Positions 46,658-56,207 are shown, counted from the first letter of the stretch. The stretch: 64,000 bases of DNA from an uncultured SAR86 cluster bacterium (GCA_902540995.1 CACBOY010000003.1:6703-70702), one strand, 5' to 3'. A program made the numbers and translations. The notes: a model not told the origin generated them from the letters alone.

Positions 46658-47122
46658 TTATTTTATCTTAGAAATTTCTTCACCAAGTTGAGCTGCAACT
46701 CTATCAAAACCAATTAGGTTACTTCGGAAATCTTTAGTGAATGGCTCTAAAGATTTCTTAAGTTTGGAATTCGCATTTCCAAGCACTTGGAAATTACTAA
46801 TCGAAAAGTTTTTAACAAACTCTGCTTCCCATTTGCTTCCTAAAAAGTTATTCATATGAATAATGGCAGCTTCGTTATTTGGATAAATTTCTAAAAGAAA
46901 GACTTTATTTTCTTCTTTTGAAAAATGGTATTGATAAACTAGAGTTTGAGGCTCTTTATTTTTTACGTTTTTAGTGATTCTTGAAACAAAGTTGCTAGCA
47001 CTATTTTTTTGCGCGTTAATAATTTCCAAATCAATTGCAAAAACAATGACATCGAGTTTTTCATGATGCATGCCAAAAATAGATGTGAAACTAATAAGTA
47101 AAAGTAAAGAAAGATATCTCAT
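46658..47122 (-). CDS. hypothetical secreted protein (possible ABM-like fold)
   Basis: I place the start at ATG 47122 (GGAG 6 nt upstream), which gives the signal peptide MRYLSLLLLISFTSIFG. It is the last gene of the ADH-SDR operon. The family assignment is tentative. Confidence 0.45.
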   Translation of the reverse strand: MRYLSLLLLISFTSIFGMHHEKLDVIVFAIDLEIINAQKNSASNFVSRITKNVKNKEPQTLVYQYHFSKEENKVFLLEIYPNNEAAIIHMNNFLGSKWEAEFVKNFSISNFQVLGNANSKLKKSLEPFTKDFRSNLIGFDRVAAQLGEEISKIK

Positions 47123-47140
47123 GAAATTCTCCAATAAAAA

Positions 47141-47905
47141 TTAATGATTCCACCAAGCTTGGTCTGAAAAAGCCCTTATGTCTATTTCATGTGTCCAGGT
47201 GGATTTAGTTTGTTTTGCCAGAAAGAGGTAGGTATCAGCGACATTCTCAGGCAAGATCATGCCGTCATCACCTTTTTGTTCTTTAAATTTTTCAAACAAA
47301 TCAGGACCTAACATTTTTCCTAGAGTATCTGGTGCATCTACTGCTCCATCAATAATTACATGAGCAACATGAATTCCATCTTTCGCAAACTCGGCATTTA
47401 AAGACTGACATAACATTCTTCTTCCCCCCATTGCAGCTGCATGAGAGTGTTGGCCTTTATTACCCCTAACTGCAGAAGTAGCAGAAGTCACAATGATATT
47501 ACCTGTCTGCCTTTCTTTCATTTTCGGAGTCAAAACCTGAGCAAGTCTAAACAAGCCAAACGTAGCCATACGCCAACCCATCTCAAATGCTTTATAACTC
47601 GTTTCGGCTAAAGTACGATCTCCTATTTGAGCGCCTATGTTATAAATTACTGTATCAATTGGACCGATTTCAGATTCGATCTTATTTACTAAATCCTCAA
47701 TAGAATTTTCCTCAATCACATTGAGCAAAGAACCCGATGCTTGCCCACCAGAATCAGTAATATCTTTGATTAGTTTATTAAGACCATCTTCATCGGTTCT
47801 TCTAGCTAAATATGCATGGTATCCTTCCTTAGCAAATCTTTTAGCTACCGTTCCGCCGATACCAGCTCCTGCTCCAATTACTAAACAAACTTTTTCCATA
47901 TACAA
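47141..47905 (-). CDS. short-chain dehydrogenase/reductase family protein (atypical active-site region)
   Basis: 254 aa with the Rossmann motif GAGAGIGG and the NIG and IHVAHVIIDG motifs. Where YxxxK is expected, the sequence reads SHAAAMGGRR. Confidence 0.8.
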   Translation of the reverse strand: MYMEKVCLVIGAGAGIGGTVAKRFAKEGYHAYLARRTDEDGLNKLIKDITDSGGQASGSLLNVIEENSIEDLVNKIESEIGPIDTVIYNIGAQIGDRTLAETSYKAFEMGWRMATFGLFRLAQVLTPKMKERQTGNIIVTSATSAVRGNKGQHSHAAAMGGRRMLCQSLNAEFAKDGIHVAHVIIDGAVDAPDTLGKMLGPDLFEKFKEQKGDDGMILPENVADTYLFLAKQTKSTWTHEIDIRAFSDQAWWNH

Positions 47906-47915
47906 ATTCCTTAAA

Positions 47916-49046
47916 CTACATTGCCTCTAAAAATAGTTTTTCCCATTCTTCTTGAGAAGGCAATCTCGGTGTCGTCATATTACTAGGATCAGTCATTGAG
48001 TGTGCTACTAAAGCAGGAATCATATCTTCTGTGACTCCCATTGCAGCTAATCCATTTGGAAGACCAATTTTTTCGTTTAATTTTTCAATTTCATCTGCTA
48101 AATCGGTTGATTCATCTTTACCCATTGCTCTAGAAATTCTTGCATATTTATCTCCAACATGATCTTTATTAAATCTCAAGATCGTTGGCAAAATCACACC
48201 ATTCAATGTGCCATGATGCAATCTAAGTTCTTGATCAGCTCCAACTGCATGACTCATTGAATGCACTGCGCCTAAGCCTTTTGAAAAAGCCATTGCTCCT
48301 TCGGTAGATGCCATCATCATATTCCATCTAGCATCTTTGTCTTTGCCATCTTCGCAAGCCCTGACAAGACTTTCCTTTCTTATAATCCTTTCTACACCAT
48401 CTAAGCCAATTGCCTCAGCTGGCGGGTCATCCAAAGGAGATAAAACAGCTTCGATACAATGCGTTAAAGCATCCATTCCTGCGCCAGCTGTAAGGACTGG
48501 AGGAAGACCCAAAGTTAATTCGGGGTCACAAATGGCTGCATTTGGCACTAAATGATCACTTGCTAAAATTAACTTTCTCCCGTCATTCATAATTATGACC
48601 GCTCCAAGAGAGACCTCGCTTCCTGTTCCTGAAGTGGTAGGAATTGCAATCGTCGGAACTGTTTCTGTAATTTTTCCAGTACCACCTTCATTGACTGAAT
48701 AATCTACGACATTACCTTCATGATTTGCCATTAATGCAACTGTCTTGGCAAGATCCATACTCGATCCACCGCCAAAACCAACTACTCCGTCACAGTCATT
48801 TTGTTTATACATTTCTAAAGCATCATTTACAGCTTGTTCAGTTGGATTTGCTGGAGTTTCTGTATAGAAAGTAGGGGATAATTCGTTTGAAATAAGATTT
48901 CTAATTTTATCTGTCATTCCAATCTTGACTAATCCTGGATCGGTACAAATTAAAGGCTTGTTGATTCCATGTTCTTTTAAGACTTGGGATATGAGCTTCA
49001 AAGATCCATTTTCAAAATGGGGCTGATTAAAGTACCTTAGTTGCAT
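47916..49046 (-). CDS. iron-containing (group III) alcohol dehydrogenase
   Basis: 376 aa with GFGGGSSMDLAK, a PTTSGTGSE region and the metal-binding His cluster (HC.E, HSMSH, HG). Confidence 0.85.
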   Translation of the reverse strand: MQLRYFNQPHFENGSLKLISQVLKEHGINKPLICTDPGLVKIGMTDKIRNLISNELSPTFYTETPANPTEQAVNDALEMYKQNDCDGVVGFGGGSSMDLAKTVALMANHEGNVVDYSVNEGGTGKITETVPTIAIPTTSGTGSEVSLGAVIIMNDGRKLILASDHLVPNAAICDPELTLGLPPVLTAGAGMDALTHCIEAVLSPLDDPPAEAIGLDGVERIIRKESLVRACEDGKDKDARWNMMMASTEGAMAFSKGLGAVHSMSHAVGADQELRLHHGTLNGVILPTILRFNKDHVGDKYARISRAMGKDESTDLADEIEKLNEKIGLPNGLAAMGVTEDMIPALVAHSMTDPSNMTTPRLPSQEEWEKLFLEAM

Positions 49047-49163
49047 AATGATTTCTCCAAATTGGGAATTAATATAATCATATTTAGTTTCTTGGGGGAA
49101 GTCCTCTTAAAATATTGGTCTTTTGACAGTCAATTTTTCCTATGCTATTTGGCACAATTTTAG

Positions 49164-49193
49164 TGCACAAATAATTTCTTTTTTTGATAGAAT
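49164..49193 (+). promoter_or_regulatory. candidate sigma-70 promoter for the TonB-dependent receptor gene
   Basis: TGCACA at 49164-49169 is followed by an 18-nt spacer and an extended -10 TGaTAGAAT at 49185-49193, about 45 nt upstream of ATG 49238. This is pattern match only. Confidence 0.25.
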
Positions 49194-49237
49194 CCAAACT
49201 TAAAATTCTTGTCACTATTATTAATTTCGGGGGAAAG

Positions 49238-52114
49238 ATGATTAGATCCTTTTTAAAATTTACTACGATTCTATCGTTACTAATTACATCTTCTATTTCT
49301 GTTGCTCAAGTTGCGCTTGAAGAAATGGTAGTAACTTCTCAAAAAAGAGAACAAAATTTATTAGATGTTCCATCTGCATTGCAAGCATTTTCAGGAGATA
49401 TGCTTGAAGATGCTGGTCTGCGAGATACTGATGATTTGATTAATATGGTTCCTGACATGCTGATGTCTGGAGAAGACGCTGGAAGAGCCAACATCTGGCT
49501 AAGGGGAATTGGTTCAACAAAGTTTGACATTGGTTCCGAGGGCTCAAATGCTTTTTTTGTAGATGAAGTCTATATGTCAAGAAATCAGTCCATTCTTTCT
49601 GGATTAGTAGATCTTGATAGGATTGAAGTTTTGAAAGGTCCGCAAGGAACTTTATATGGAAGAAATGCTCTTGGTGGAGCCATAAGTGTTTTCTATAAAA
49701 AACCCACCAGTGAGTTTGAACAAAAAATTAAAGTATCTGCCGGGGATAAAGGACAAGAACAGTTCAGTTACATGCTTTCTGGAGAATTAGGTCAAGACCT
49801 TTATGGAAGACTTATTCTTGGATATCAGGATCAAGAAGGTATGCACATTGACAATACTTTTGGCGGCGATACTGGAACTAGAAACCAGAATATAAGAGCT
49901 TCTTTGTTTGGAGAAGGAAATAATTATGAATGGTCTCTCACTGTGGATAATGCTAAATCCAAAGATCATGCTGCAGTATCTGAAGCCATAATATGTAAAA
50001 GAGACTCAACTACTTGTACTGCTGCACAAAAAAATCTTATTCAACCTGATTTAAAAGCTACAGCTTCTGGGTTAGATCTCTTTGTTACCGATTTTTCTAA
50101 AACAACAGCTTATGTTACTGGCTTTCTAAAAACCGGAGGCTTGGCAACAGATGCAGCTGGAATTGACGCTTTTGCAATTAACCAAATTGGCGCCGATAGA
50201 TATTCTTCAAATTTAAGTGAAGATACTTTCATTGAACGAGAAGATACTCTTATTTCTGCTAAATATAAGTCGTTTCGTGACGATTATGATTTGACTGTCT
50301 TGGTTTCCACAAACCAAAACTCTGGAGATGAATTGAAAGATTTTGATTCCACAGCTGCTAAATCTTTCGTTCAAGGAAGTGCTCAAAAAACAAACCAGTC
50401 GAGTTTGGAAATCAGATGGAATTCCAAACCTGAAGATGAAATTCAATGGGTTGCAGGCATCTATTCTTTCTTAGACTACGGAGATCGTAGTGATATTTTT
50501 AGAACTGGCCCTGATAGCGTCTTTAACCAAGCTGCAGTAGCTGCTACTGCTTTAATAGATGAAGGCCTCTTTAGTGTTGCTAACTTAAGTGCAATTTCAC
50601 CAACAAGTTTAGCAACTTATACCCCAACTGCTTCAAAAACTGCTTTGGTCGCTAATTATAACGTTGCGAAGGGATCTACTTTAGATACTTATGGTACTGC
50701 GCAACTAGATTTAAGCATTAATAACAAATCTTCAGCTGCTTTTGGACAAGTTACCATTCCCATGGCAGAGAGATGGAATATTACTTTAGGGGCACGATAT
50801 ACCTATGACCTGAAAGGTATGACCTATATTACCAAATCAAATTCTGTTGGAATTCCGCATGCTTTGATTCTTCCAGACTGTACACCAAATACAATCAATA
50901 TAGATGGTTCACAAGGTTGTGATGGTACTTTCAATAAAGACGCTCAGGGAAATGCTGTTGCATTTAATCCTGCTGACGCATCAACTCTTTACTCATATAC
51001 GCAAAAAGCAGGACAAGCAGCCGTCATTGCTGCAGCATTCAAAGAGAACGCACTTTTAGCACAGGCTCCTGGCTGGCAGGTAGCTTGTACTTTTAACAAT
51101 ACAAACGAAATTGGATCTAATGCTTGGGCCGCTGCTAATGCCGCATTAATCGGCAGTGCAGGCTGTAATGTAAACTTTGAAATTATTGCTAACGCTCAGG
51201 GTGTTGGTATAGCTCCAATTGCTGACGCATCTCAATTATTTGTAATTGATCAAGAAAAAGCTTGGACATCTACCGATCCAAAAATGACGATTGATTTCAA
51301 ACCCAATGATTCAAGTTTGCTTTGGTATACCTATGCAACTGGTTTCAAAGCAGGTGGCTGGCAGTTTGCAAATTACTTTGAACAAACCGCAAGACAAGGA
51401 TTTGACCCTGAAGAACTTATTATGAATGAGATTGGTTATAAAGGTTCTTTCTTGAACAATTCTTTAAGCTTAAGCGCAGTTGCTTATACTTATGAATGGT
51501 CAGATAAGCAAGTCATTAAAGTATCTGTAATTAACGGATTGCCTGTAGGGCTTACTAGAAATGCTGCAGAATCGAGTATCAATGGTTTGGATTTGAATTT
51601 AAGAGCAAGGGTTGCTGATCAAACTATAATTAACTTTAATTATTCTTACATCGATGCTTCTTATGATAACTATTGTGACGATTCCAGAAATTGGACAGAA
51701 GTTCACGGCAGCTTCACTGCATGTGACTCATCAGCTCCAGGTTCCTATAGCAGAGCAGGAGGAAAAATGCCTTGGACTCCAGATAATGCAGTGGTTTTCT
51801 CTGTTGAACATGTAGAGCCTACTAGAATTGGAGACGTGATTATAAGCACAAGCTATTCACATAAAACAAATGTCGGAAATGCTGATGAACGTGTTGCCGG
51901 ATTGACTTTGTTGGACGAAATAGCTCGTTTGAACTTTTCGACCGCTATAGAGTTTAACAATGGCACCACTCTTAGGGGTTATTGCACAAATTGTTTAGAT
52001 GTAGATGATGATATTGGATTTACACTTATCTATCCTGGAGATCAGGGTGGTGGAGCTAGAATCAAGTACTATGATGGTTTAAGGGCTGGATTAGAAGTCA
52101 TTCACAGATTCTAA
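49238..52114 (+). CDS. TonB-dependent outer-membrane receptor (large, 959 aa)
   Basis: I place the start at ATG 49238 (GGGGGAAAG upstream), which gives the signal peptide MIRSFLKFTTILSLLITSSISVAQ. It has the TonB-box-like EEMVVTSQKR, plug motifs (IEVLKGPQGTLYGRNALGGAI) and a beta-barrel ending in the terminal aromatic RF. Confidence 0.85.
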   Translation: MIRSFLKFTTILSLLITSSISVAQVALEEMVVTSQKREQNLLDVPSALQAFSGDMLEDAGLRDTDDLINMVPDMLMSGEDAGRANIWLRGIGSTKFDIGSEGSNAFFVDEVYMSRNQSILSGLVDLDRIEVLKGPQGTLYGRNALGGAISVFYKKPTSEFEQKIKVSAGDKGQEQFSYMLSGELGQDLYGRLILGYQDQEGMHIDNTFGGDTGTRNQNIRASLFGEGNNYEWSLTVDNAKSKDHAAVSEAIICKRDSTTCTAAQKNLIQPDLKATASGLDLFVTDFSKTTAYVTGFLKTGGLATDAAGIDAFAINQIGADRYSSNLSEDTFIEREDTLISAKYKSFRDDYDLTVLVSTNQNSGDELKDFDSTAAKSFVQGSAQKTNQSSLEIRWNSKPEDEIQWVAGIYSFLDYGDRSDIFRTGPDSVFNQAAVAATALIDEGLFSVANLSAISPTSLATYTPTASKTALVANYNVAKGSTLDTYGTAQLDLSINNKSSAAFGQVTIPMAERWNITLGARYTYDLKGMTYITKSNSVGIPHALILPDCTPNTINIDGSQGCDGTFNKDAQGNAVAFNPADASTLYSYTQKAGQAAVIAAAFKENALLAQAPGWQVACTFNNTNEIGSNAWAAANAALIGSAGCNVNFEIIANAQGVGIAPIADASQLFVIDQEKAWTSTDPKMTIDFKPNDSSLLWYTYATGFKAGGWQFANYFEQTARQGFDPEELIMNEIGYKGSFLNNSLSLSAVAYTYEWSDKQVIKVSVINGLPVGLTRNAAESSINGLDLNLRARVADQTIINFNYSYIDASYDNYCDDSRNWTEVHGSFTACDSSAPGSYSRAGGKMPWTPDNAVVFSVEHVEPTRIGDVIISTSYSHKTNVGNADERVAGLTLLDEIARLNFSTAIEFNNGTTLRGYCTNCLDVDDDIGFTLIYPGDQGGGARIKYYDGLRAGLEVIHRF

Positions 52115-52127
52115 ATCTTAATTTAAT

Positions 52128-52159
52128 AAAAAAGAGGCGCCGAAATGGCGCCTTTTTTT
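52128..52159. terminator. bidirectional rho-independent terminator between the TBDR and P450 genes
   Basis: The GC-rich stem pairs AGGCGCC (52135-52141) with GGCGCCT (52147-52153) around the loop GAAAT. It is flanked by an A-tract upstream and a T-tract downstream, so it reads as hairpin plus U-run on both strands. Confidence 0.75.
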
Positions 52160-53459
52160 AACTCGGTTTAAGTTTTAGATGATCAAAGCCTCTGAAAATT
52201 AGGTTTTTCCCCCAAACCGGATTTTTGTCTACAAGCTCTAAGTTTTCAAATCTTTCAAAAAGACATTCAAAGGCAATTCTTGATTCTATCCTTGCAAGAC
52301 TTGCACCAATACACATATGAGGTCCATAACCAAAAGAAATGTGTTTAATATCTTCTCTTGCAATATCGAATTCATTGGGGTTTTTATTAGCTTCAGGATC
52401 TCTATTTGCACCAGCTATACTCACTGCAAAAGCGGTGCCTCTTTTATAATTTTTTTCATCATAAGTCATATCATTTTCGGAAAATCTTACGGTTGCATGA
52501 ACCGGTGGTTCAAATCTGAGCATTTCTTCAATTGCGTTCGGAATTAAATCAAAATTATTTTTTAAGTAATTCATTTGATCTAAATGATTTAAAAGAGTGA
52601 ACATACCATTTCCAATTAACCTTGTTGTTGTTTCGTGACCTGCAATCAATAGAAGCAAACAAGTTCCATACATCTCTTTAATGTTTAACTTGTCTCCTTC
52701 TTCTTCTGCCTGGATTAGTTTGCCAATAAAGTCATCTCCTGGAGAATTTTTTCTACTTAGAATAATTTCTTCAAAATAATTTATTAATGCCTCATAAGCA
52801 TCACCAGACCTCTTGATATCTTCTTTTGAAGTACCTATTCCTCCAACACCAATCAATAAATCCTCAGACCAAGCTTGAAATTGGTCCAAATCCTCATTTG
52901 GTAACCCCATCATTTTCGCTATCACAATCGCTGGAAGCGGTTTAGCTAAGTCTTCGATTAAGTCAAATGAATCCTGGTTATGTACTTTATCAAGACAATC
53001 TTCAACTATTTTTTTTATTTGTGGTTCGAGGGATGTTATGTATCTATTGGTAAAACCATATTGCACCAATTTTCTAATTCTAGAATGGTCAGGAGGATCA
53101 AGCTTTAACATACTAGGATTCTCGAACTGTTCTAACATGATTTCCCTACCAGCTTTCTTAAATTCTTTTCTGCGTTTTTCTGCAATTGGGTATTTCCGAT
53201 CATCCACACTAAATCTTTTATCTCTTAACATTTCTTGCGCAAACTCCATTTTTGTAACCCAATGCAATCTTGTTGTCTGAGAAAACAAGATAGGTTTGTG
53301 AGATCTCATCATGTTGTAAGTCTTGTAAGGATTGTCTATGTAATCTTTCGAAATAAAGTCTAAGGCTATTCCCTTATTAGTGAGTTTTTCAAAAATCACT
53401 AAGGTTTTGTAAGCCCCTATTAGTAAAAGATTTTTAAATTTTGAAAAAAAAGATTTCAT
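52158..53459 (-). CDS. cytochrome P450
   Basis: 433 aa with the I-helix AGHETT, the ExxR motif (EEMLRFEPP) and the haem-thiolate loop FGYGPHMCIGASLAR. Confidence 0.9.
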   Translation of the reverse strand: MKSFFSKFKNLLLIGAYKTLVIFEKLTNKGIALDFISKDYIDNPYKTYNMMRSHKPILFSQTTRLHWVTKMEFAQEMLRDKRFSVDDRKYPIAEKRRKEFKKAGREIMLEQFENPSMLKLDPPDHSRIRKLVQYGFTNRYITSLEPQIKKIVEDCLDKVHNQDSFDLIEDLAKPLPAIVIAKMMGLPNEDLDQFQAWSEDLLIGVGGIGTSKEDIKRSGDAYEALINYFEEIILSRKNSPGDDFIGKLIQAEEEGDKLNIKEMYGTCLLLLIAGHETTTRLIGNGMFTLLNHLDQMNYLKNNFDLIPNAIEEMLRFEPPVHATVRFSENDMTYDEKNYKRGTAFAVSIAGANRDPEANKNPNEFDIAREDIKHISFGYGPHMCIGASLARIESRIAFECLFERFENLELVDKNPVWGKNLIFRGFDHLKLKPS

Positions 53460-53497
53460 AACTTGTGAAAGAATTTTCTAACAGAGAAATAAATATA

Positions 53498-55498
53498 TCA
53501 AGATTTGGATGGTTCAAACCAAATTGGTGAAGTCCAGGCTCTTTCTTGAATGGTTGCTGGAATATCAGACCTTGGTTCGACGCCTTCTCTGATTGAGTCC
53601 CAAGTTGACCATCGACAAACTGGATTCTCTAAAACCCTTACGTAATAAAAAGCTCTTTGATCCATCAAGAAATCAGGATCTAACCAAAAAGTCTTTAACT
53701 CTGAGGCTCCAGAATTTTCACTTACAGAACAGTTTTCAATATCAACTTTAGCGCCATTGTCAGGACAACGATTCGTTATTGAATTTACAATCAATCCGTC
53801 TGAACATGCAACGTCATATACTCTTTCTTGGTGTTCTCCATTTTCTAACCAACCTTTGATAATTTGAATTCTTTGAAGCGGCGCACCCAATGGGTCTGCA
53901 GAAGCCCATACCAAAAACTTCGGTTCCCTCTCTTTTTCTATATTTATGGTCGAACCCATAGATAAATTATCTTCATAGGCTTTTTTAACAAGATCTAAGT
54001 CATTAATTTTGGCATCTTCAAAATCATATCCTGAAAAAAAGCGCACTTTAATTCTTGGACCACTGGTAGCAAAGGTTTCTTTTCTTCTAAAGGCATCGTA
54101 AATATCCTCGCGAGTATTTTCTTTCGCCCAAACTCCAGTAAGGCCTGAAGCTGAGAAGCCTATCAGCCTGTCTGTTACTGCCATATAGTCTTTACCATTA
54201 ATTTCAGCAAAAGATTCTGGTCGAAAGATTTTTGCAGCTTTAGCTAAAGCCCAATTGAAAGGAACTGAACCTCTAAGCTCTGGAGTTCCATCCAATAGAC
54301 CAATTTTTGAAAAGAAAGTTTCTTCACTGTAAGAACCTCCAGCAACATGAGTGTCACTTGCTCCTATGAGGCCAAATTTGTAGGGATTTGTTATGCCTTG
54401 TTCAGCTAAAGTCAGACCTCTTAAGTAAGCGTTCCGGACATAACTTCCTTTCGCATTTTCTAAAACTTTAGCTTGCTTTTCTACCGGTATTTCAAATGAT
54501 GCCCATTCATCATTTTTTGATAGTAAAGGATGCGTTTCGGAGGAGCCCTTTGCTTGAGTTACTTCAACTAAAGGCTCATTTCTTGTTCTTTGCAAAGCAT
54601 ATGCTTCATCTATGGGTTTGCCGTCATAGTAAGTCATCCTAAATGCAGCACCTCCTGAAATATTCGAATTGTGAGGAATTGCCAAGCTTTCTATACCTTT
54701 TTGTCTAAGTCCATCCATCCATTTCCAAAGGTCTTCCGGATTTAAACTGTCGGCGCGTGTAAAAATTCTTTTGGGTAATTTTTTTGTGTCTCTAAAAATT
54801 ACATTTCTGTGCAAATAAGTATCATAAATCTCAACCGATGAAGAATATTCATAGGCAGCAAAGGTTGTAAATGAACCTGGAACGTAAGCTTGATCTGCAG
54901 CTTCAATCGTTTTGAGCCAAGTATCATTCATAACTTTCTGTAAAATCTTCATATCTACAGTTCCGTCTTGGATGCTATTTGCCAATTCTTGGGCGAATGG
55001 TCTAAACATTCCTCCTCTTCTAATAATGGAGAAAAAACTATTACTTACATTTTCATTCAAATTATGTAGAGGCTTAGTAATTTCATATTGTCCAATTTCA
55101 CTATCTGGATCAGCAGCTTCTTTAACCACACCTAGAAATACCCCATGATCCGTGACCGCATAAAAATCCAAAGGCCTTGATAACTGAATGTGATAACCAG
55201 TAGGGTGCTTTATTGCTTCTCCCTTAGCATATTTATAGGCATCAGCGGGAGAAGCGGTAGTTCCAAAGGAATAGGCATCAAAAGAATTTTCCGTATGAAC
55301 ATGCAAGTCGCCAAAATAGGCATTTTTATCTGGATTAGGACTAGGTTTGTAATCGACTAAAGGGATATCTCCAAATTTTTCTTGAGCTAATTCTTTTTCT
55401 GTTTTTCTTTCAAATTCAGAACAAGAGAAAAAAAAAGTAATTACAAATAAGAAAAAAAATATATTTTTAAACATCGGAAATGACAGTATAACTGTCAT
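53498..55498 (-). CDS. DUF3604-like secreted or lipoprotein metal-dependent hydrolase candidate
   Basis: 666 aa. The hydrophobic N-terminus ends in FFFSC (lipobox-like). GDLHVHTENSFDAY is a PHP-type HxH metal motif, and overall length and pattern fit DUF3604. The true start could be the internal Met at 55474. Confidence 0.55.
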   Translation of the reverse strand: MTVILSFPMFKNIFFFLFVITFFFSCSEFERKTEKELAQEKFGDIPLVDYKPSPNPDKNAYFGDLHVHTENSFDAYSFGTTASPADAYKYAKGEAIKHPTGYHIQLSRPLDFYAVTDHGVFLGVVKEAADPDSEIGQYEITKPLHNLNENVSNSFFSIIRRGGMFRPFAQELANSIQDGTVDMKILQKVMNDTWLKTIEAADQAYVPGSFTTFAAYEYSSSVEIYDTYLHRNVIFRDTKKLPKRIFTRADSLNPEDLWKWMDGLRQKGIESLAIPHNSNISGGAAFRMTYYDGKPIDEAYALQRTRNEPLVEVTQAKGSSETHPLLSKNDEWASFEIPVEKQAKVLENAKGSYVRNAYLRGLTLAEQGITNPYKFGLIGASDTHVAGGSYSEETFFSKIGLLDGTPELRGSVPFNWALAKAAKIFRPESFAEINGKDYMAVTDRLIGFSASGLTGVWAKENTREDIYDAFRRKETFATSGPRIKVRFFSGYDFEDAKINDLDLVKKAYEDNLSMGSTINIEKEREPKFLVWASADPLGAPLQRIQIIKGWLENGEHQERVYDVACSDGLIVNSITNRCPDNGAKVDIENCSVSENSGASELKTFWLDPDFLMDQRAFYYVRVLENPVCRWSTWDSIREGVEPRSDIPATIQERAWTSPIWFEPSKS

Positions 55499-55568
55499 AT
55501 TCTAACATTCGCAAAAATCTTGAATTAAATTCTTTCCTATTGGACAAACATATAAAATGTAAAAAGCA

Positions 55569-56204
55569 ATGAATATCTATACTCTCTTAAAGATTCTGGG
55601 TTTTATCATAATTGTTTTGACTTCAATAATATTACCTTTGTCATTACTTGAGTCATCGATAGCTGACTTAACAGATCAATTTATTGAATGGAGTGGAAAC
55701 AACCAATTTTTAAACTCCATTTTGGTTATCTTCGCATTAGCAGCAGATGTTTTTTTACCAATTCCAAATGGTGTTACCAATACTTTTGCTGGAGCCATTC
55801 TAGGATTTTATTTATCCATACCTGTCATATGGATAGGACTTACTCTGGGTTCGATAATCGGCTTTGCAATCGGAAAGTATGCTGCCAAACCCTTAGCGAA
55901 AAAAATACTCAGTCAAGGAGATTTAGCAAGATCAGAAGAGGCGGCAAAAAAATTTGGTGTCAGTATTTTATTGATCGCGAGGCCTGCTCCAGCTTTGGCA
56001 GAAATTTCAACTGTGGCTGCTGGTCTAGCTGGCATGAAATGGAGTACTTTTCTGACCGTAATGATTATTAGTAATTTATTGATTTCAGTAGTTTATGCCT
56101 TCATCGGAACGGCAGCTCTTAATAGTCAATCAGCCTCAATAGCATTCATAGGTATTGCGGTAATACCTTTCTTTTTTTGGCTTTTAGCAAAAAGATATTT
56201 TTAA
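55569..56204 (+). CDS. DedA / TVP38-TMEM64 (VTT domain) family membrane protein
   Basis: 211 aa and polytopic, with a VTT-like core (FLPIPNGVTNTFAGAILGF...GS.IGF.IGKY). Confidence 0.65.
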   Translation: MNIYTLLKILGFIIIVLTSIILPLSLLESSIADLTDQFIEWSGNNQFLNSILVIFALAADVFLPIPNGVTNTFAGAILGFYLSIPVIWIGLTLGSIIGFAIGKYAAKPLAKKILSQGDLARSEEAAKKFGVSILLIARPAPALAEISTVAAGLAGMKWSTFLTVMIISNLLISVVYAFIGTAALNSQSASIAFIGIAVIPFFFWLLAKRYF

Positions 56205-56207
56205 AAT

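Noticed and set aside
49150-49167. TGGCAC motif upstream of the TBDR, resembling the -24 element of a sigma-54 promoter (an ntrC gene is present in the window).
   Set aside because: The -12 element does not fit. At the required spacing the sequence is TAGT rather than TTGC, and the nearest TGC is 2 nt too far. Sigma-54 spacing is strict.
55688-56071. 127-aa alternative-frame ORF inside the DedA/VTT gene.
   Set aside because: It is on the same strand but out of frame with a gene that has a clear membrane-protein signature. The alternative translation is Cys/Trp/Arg-rich nonsense.
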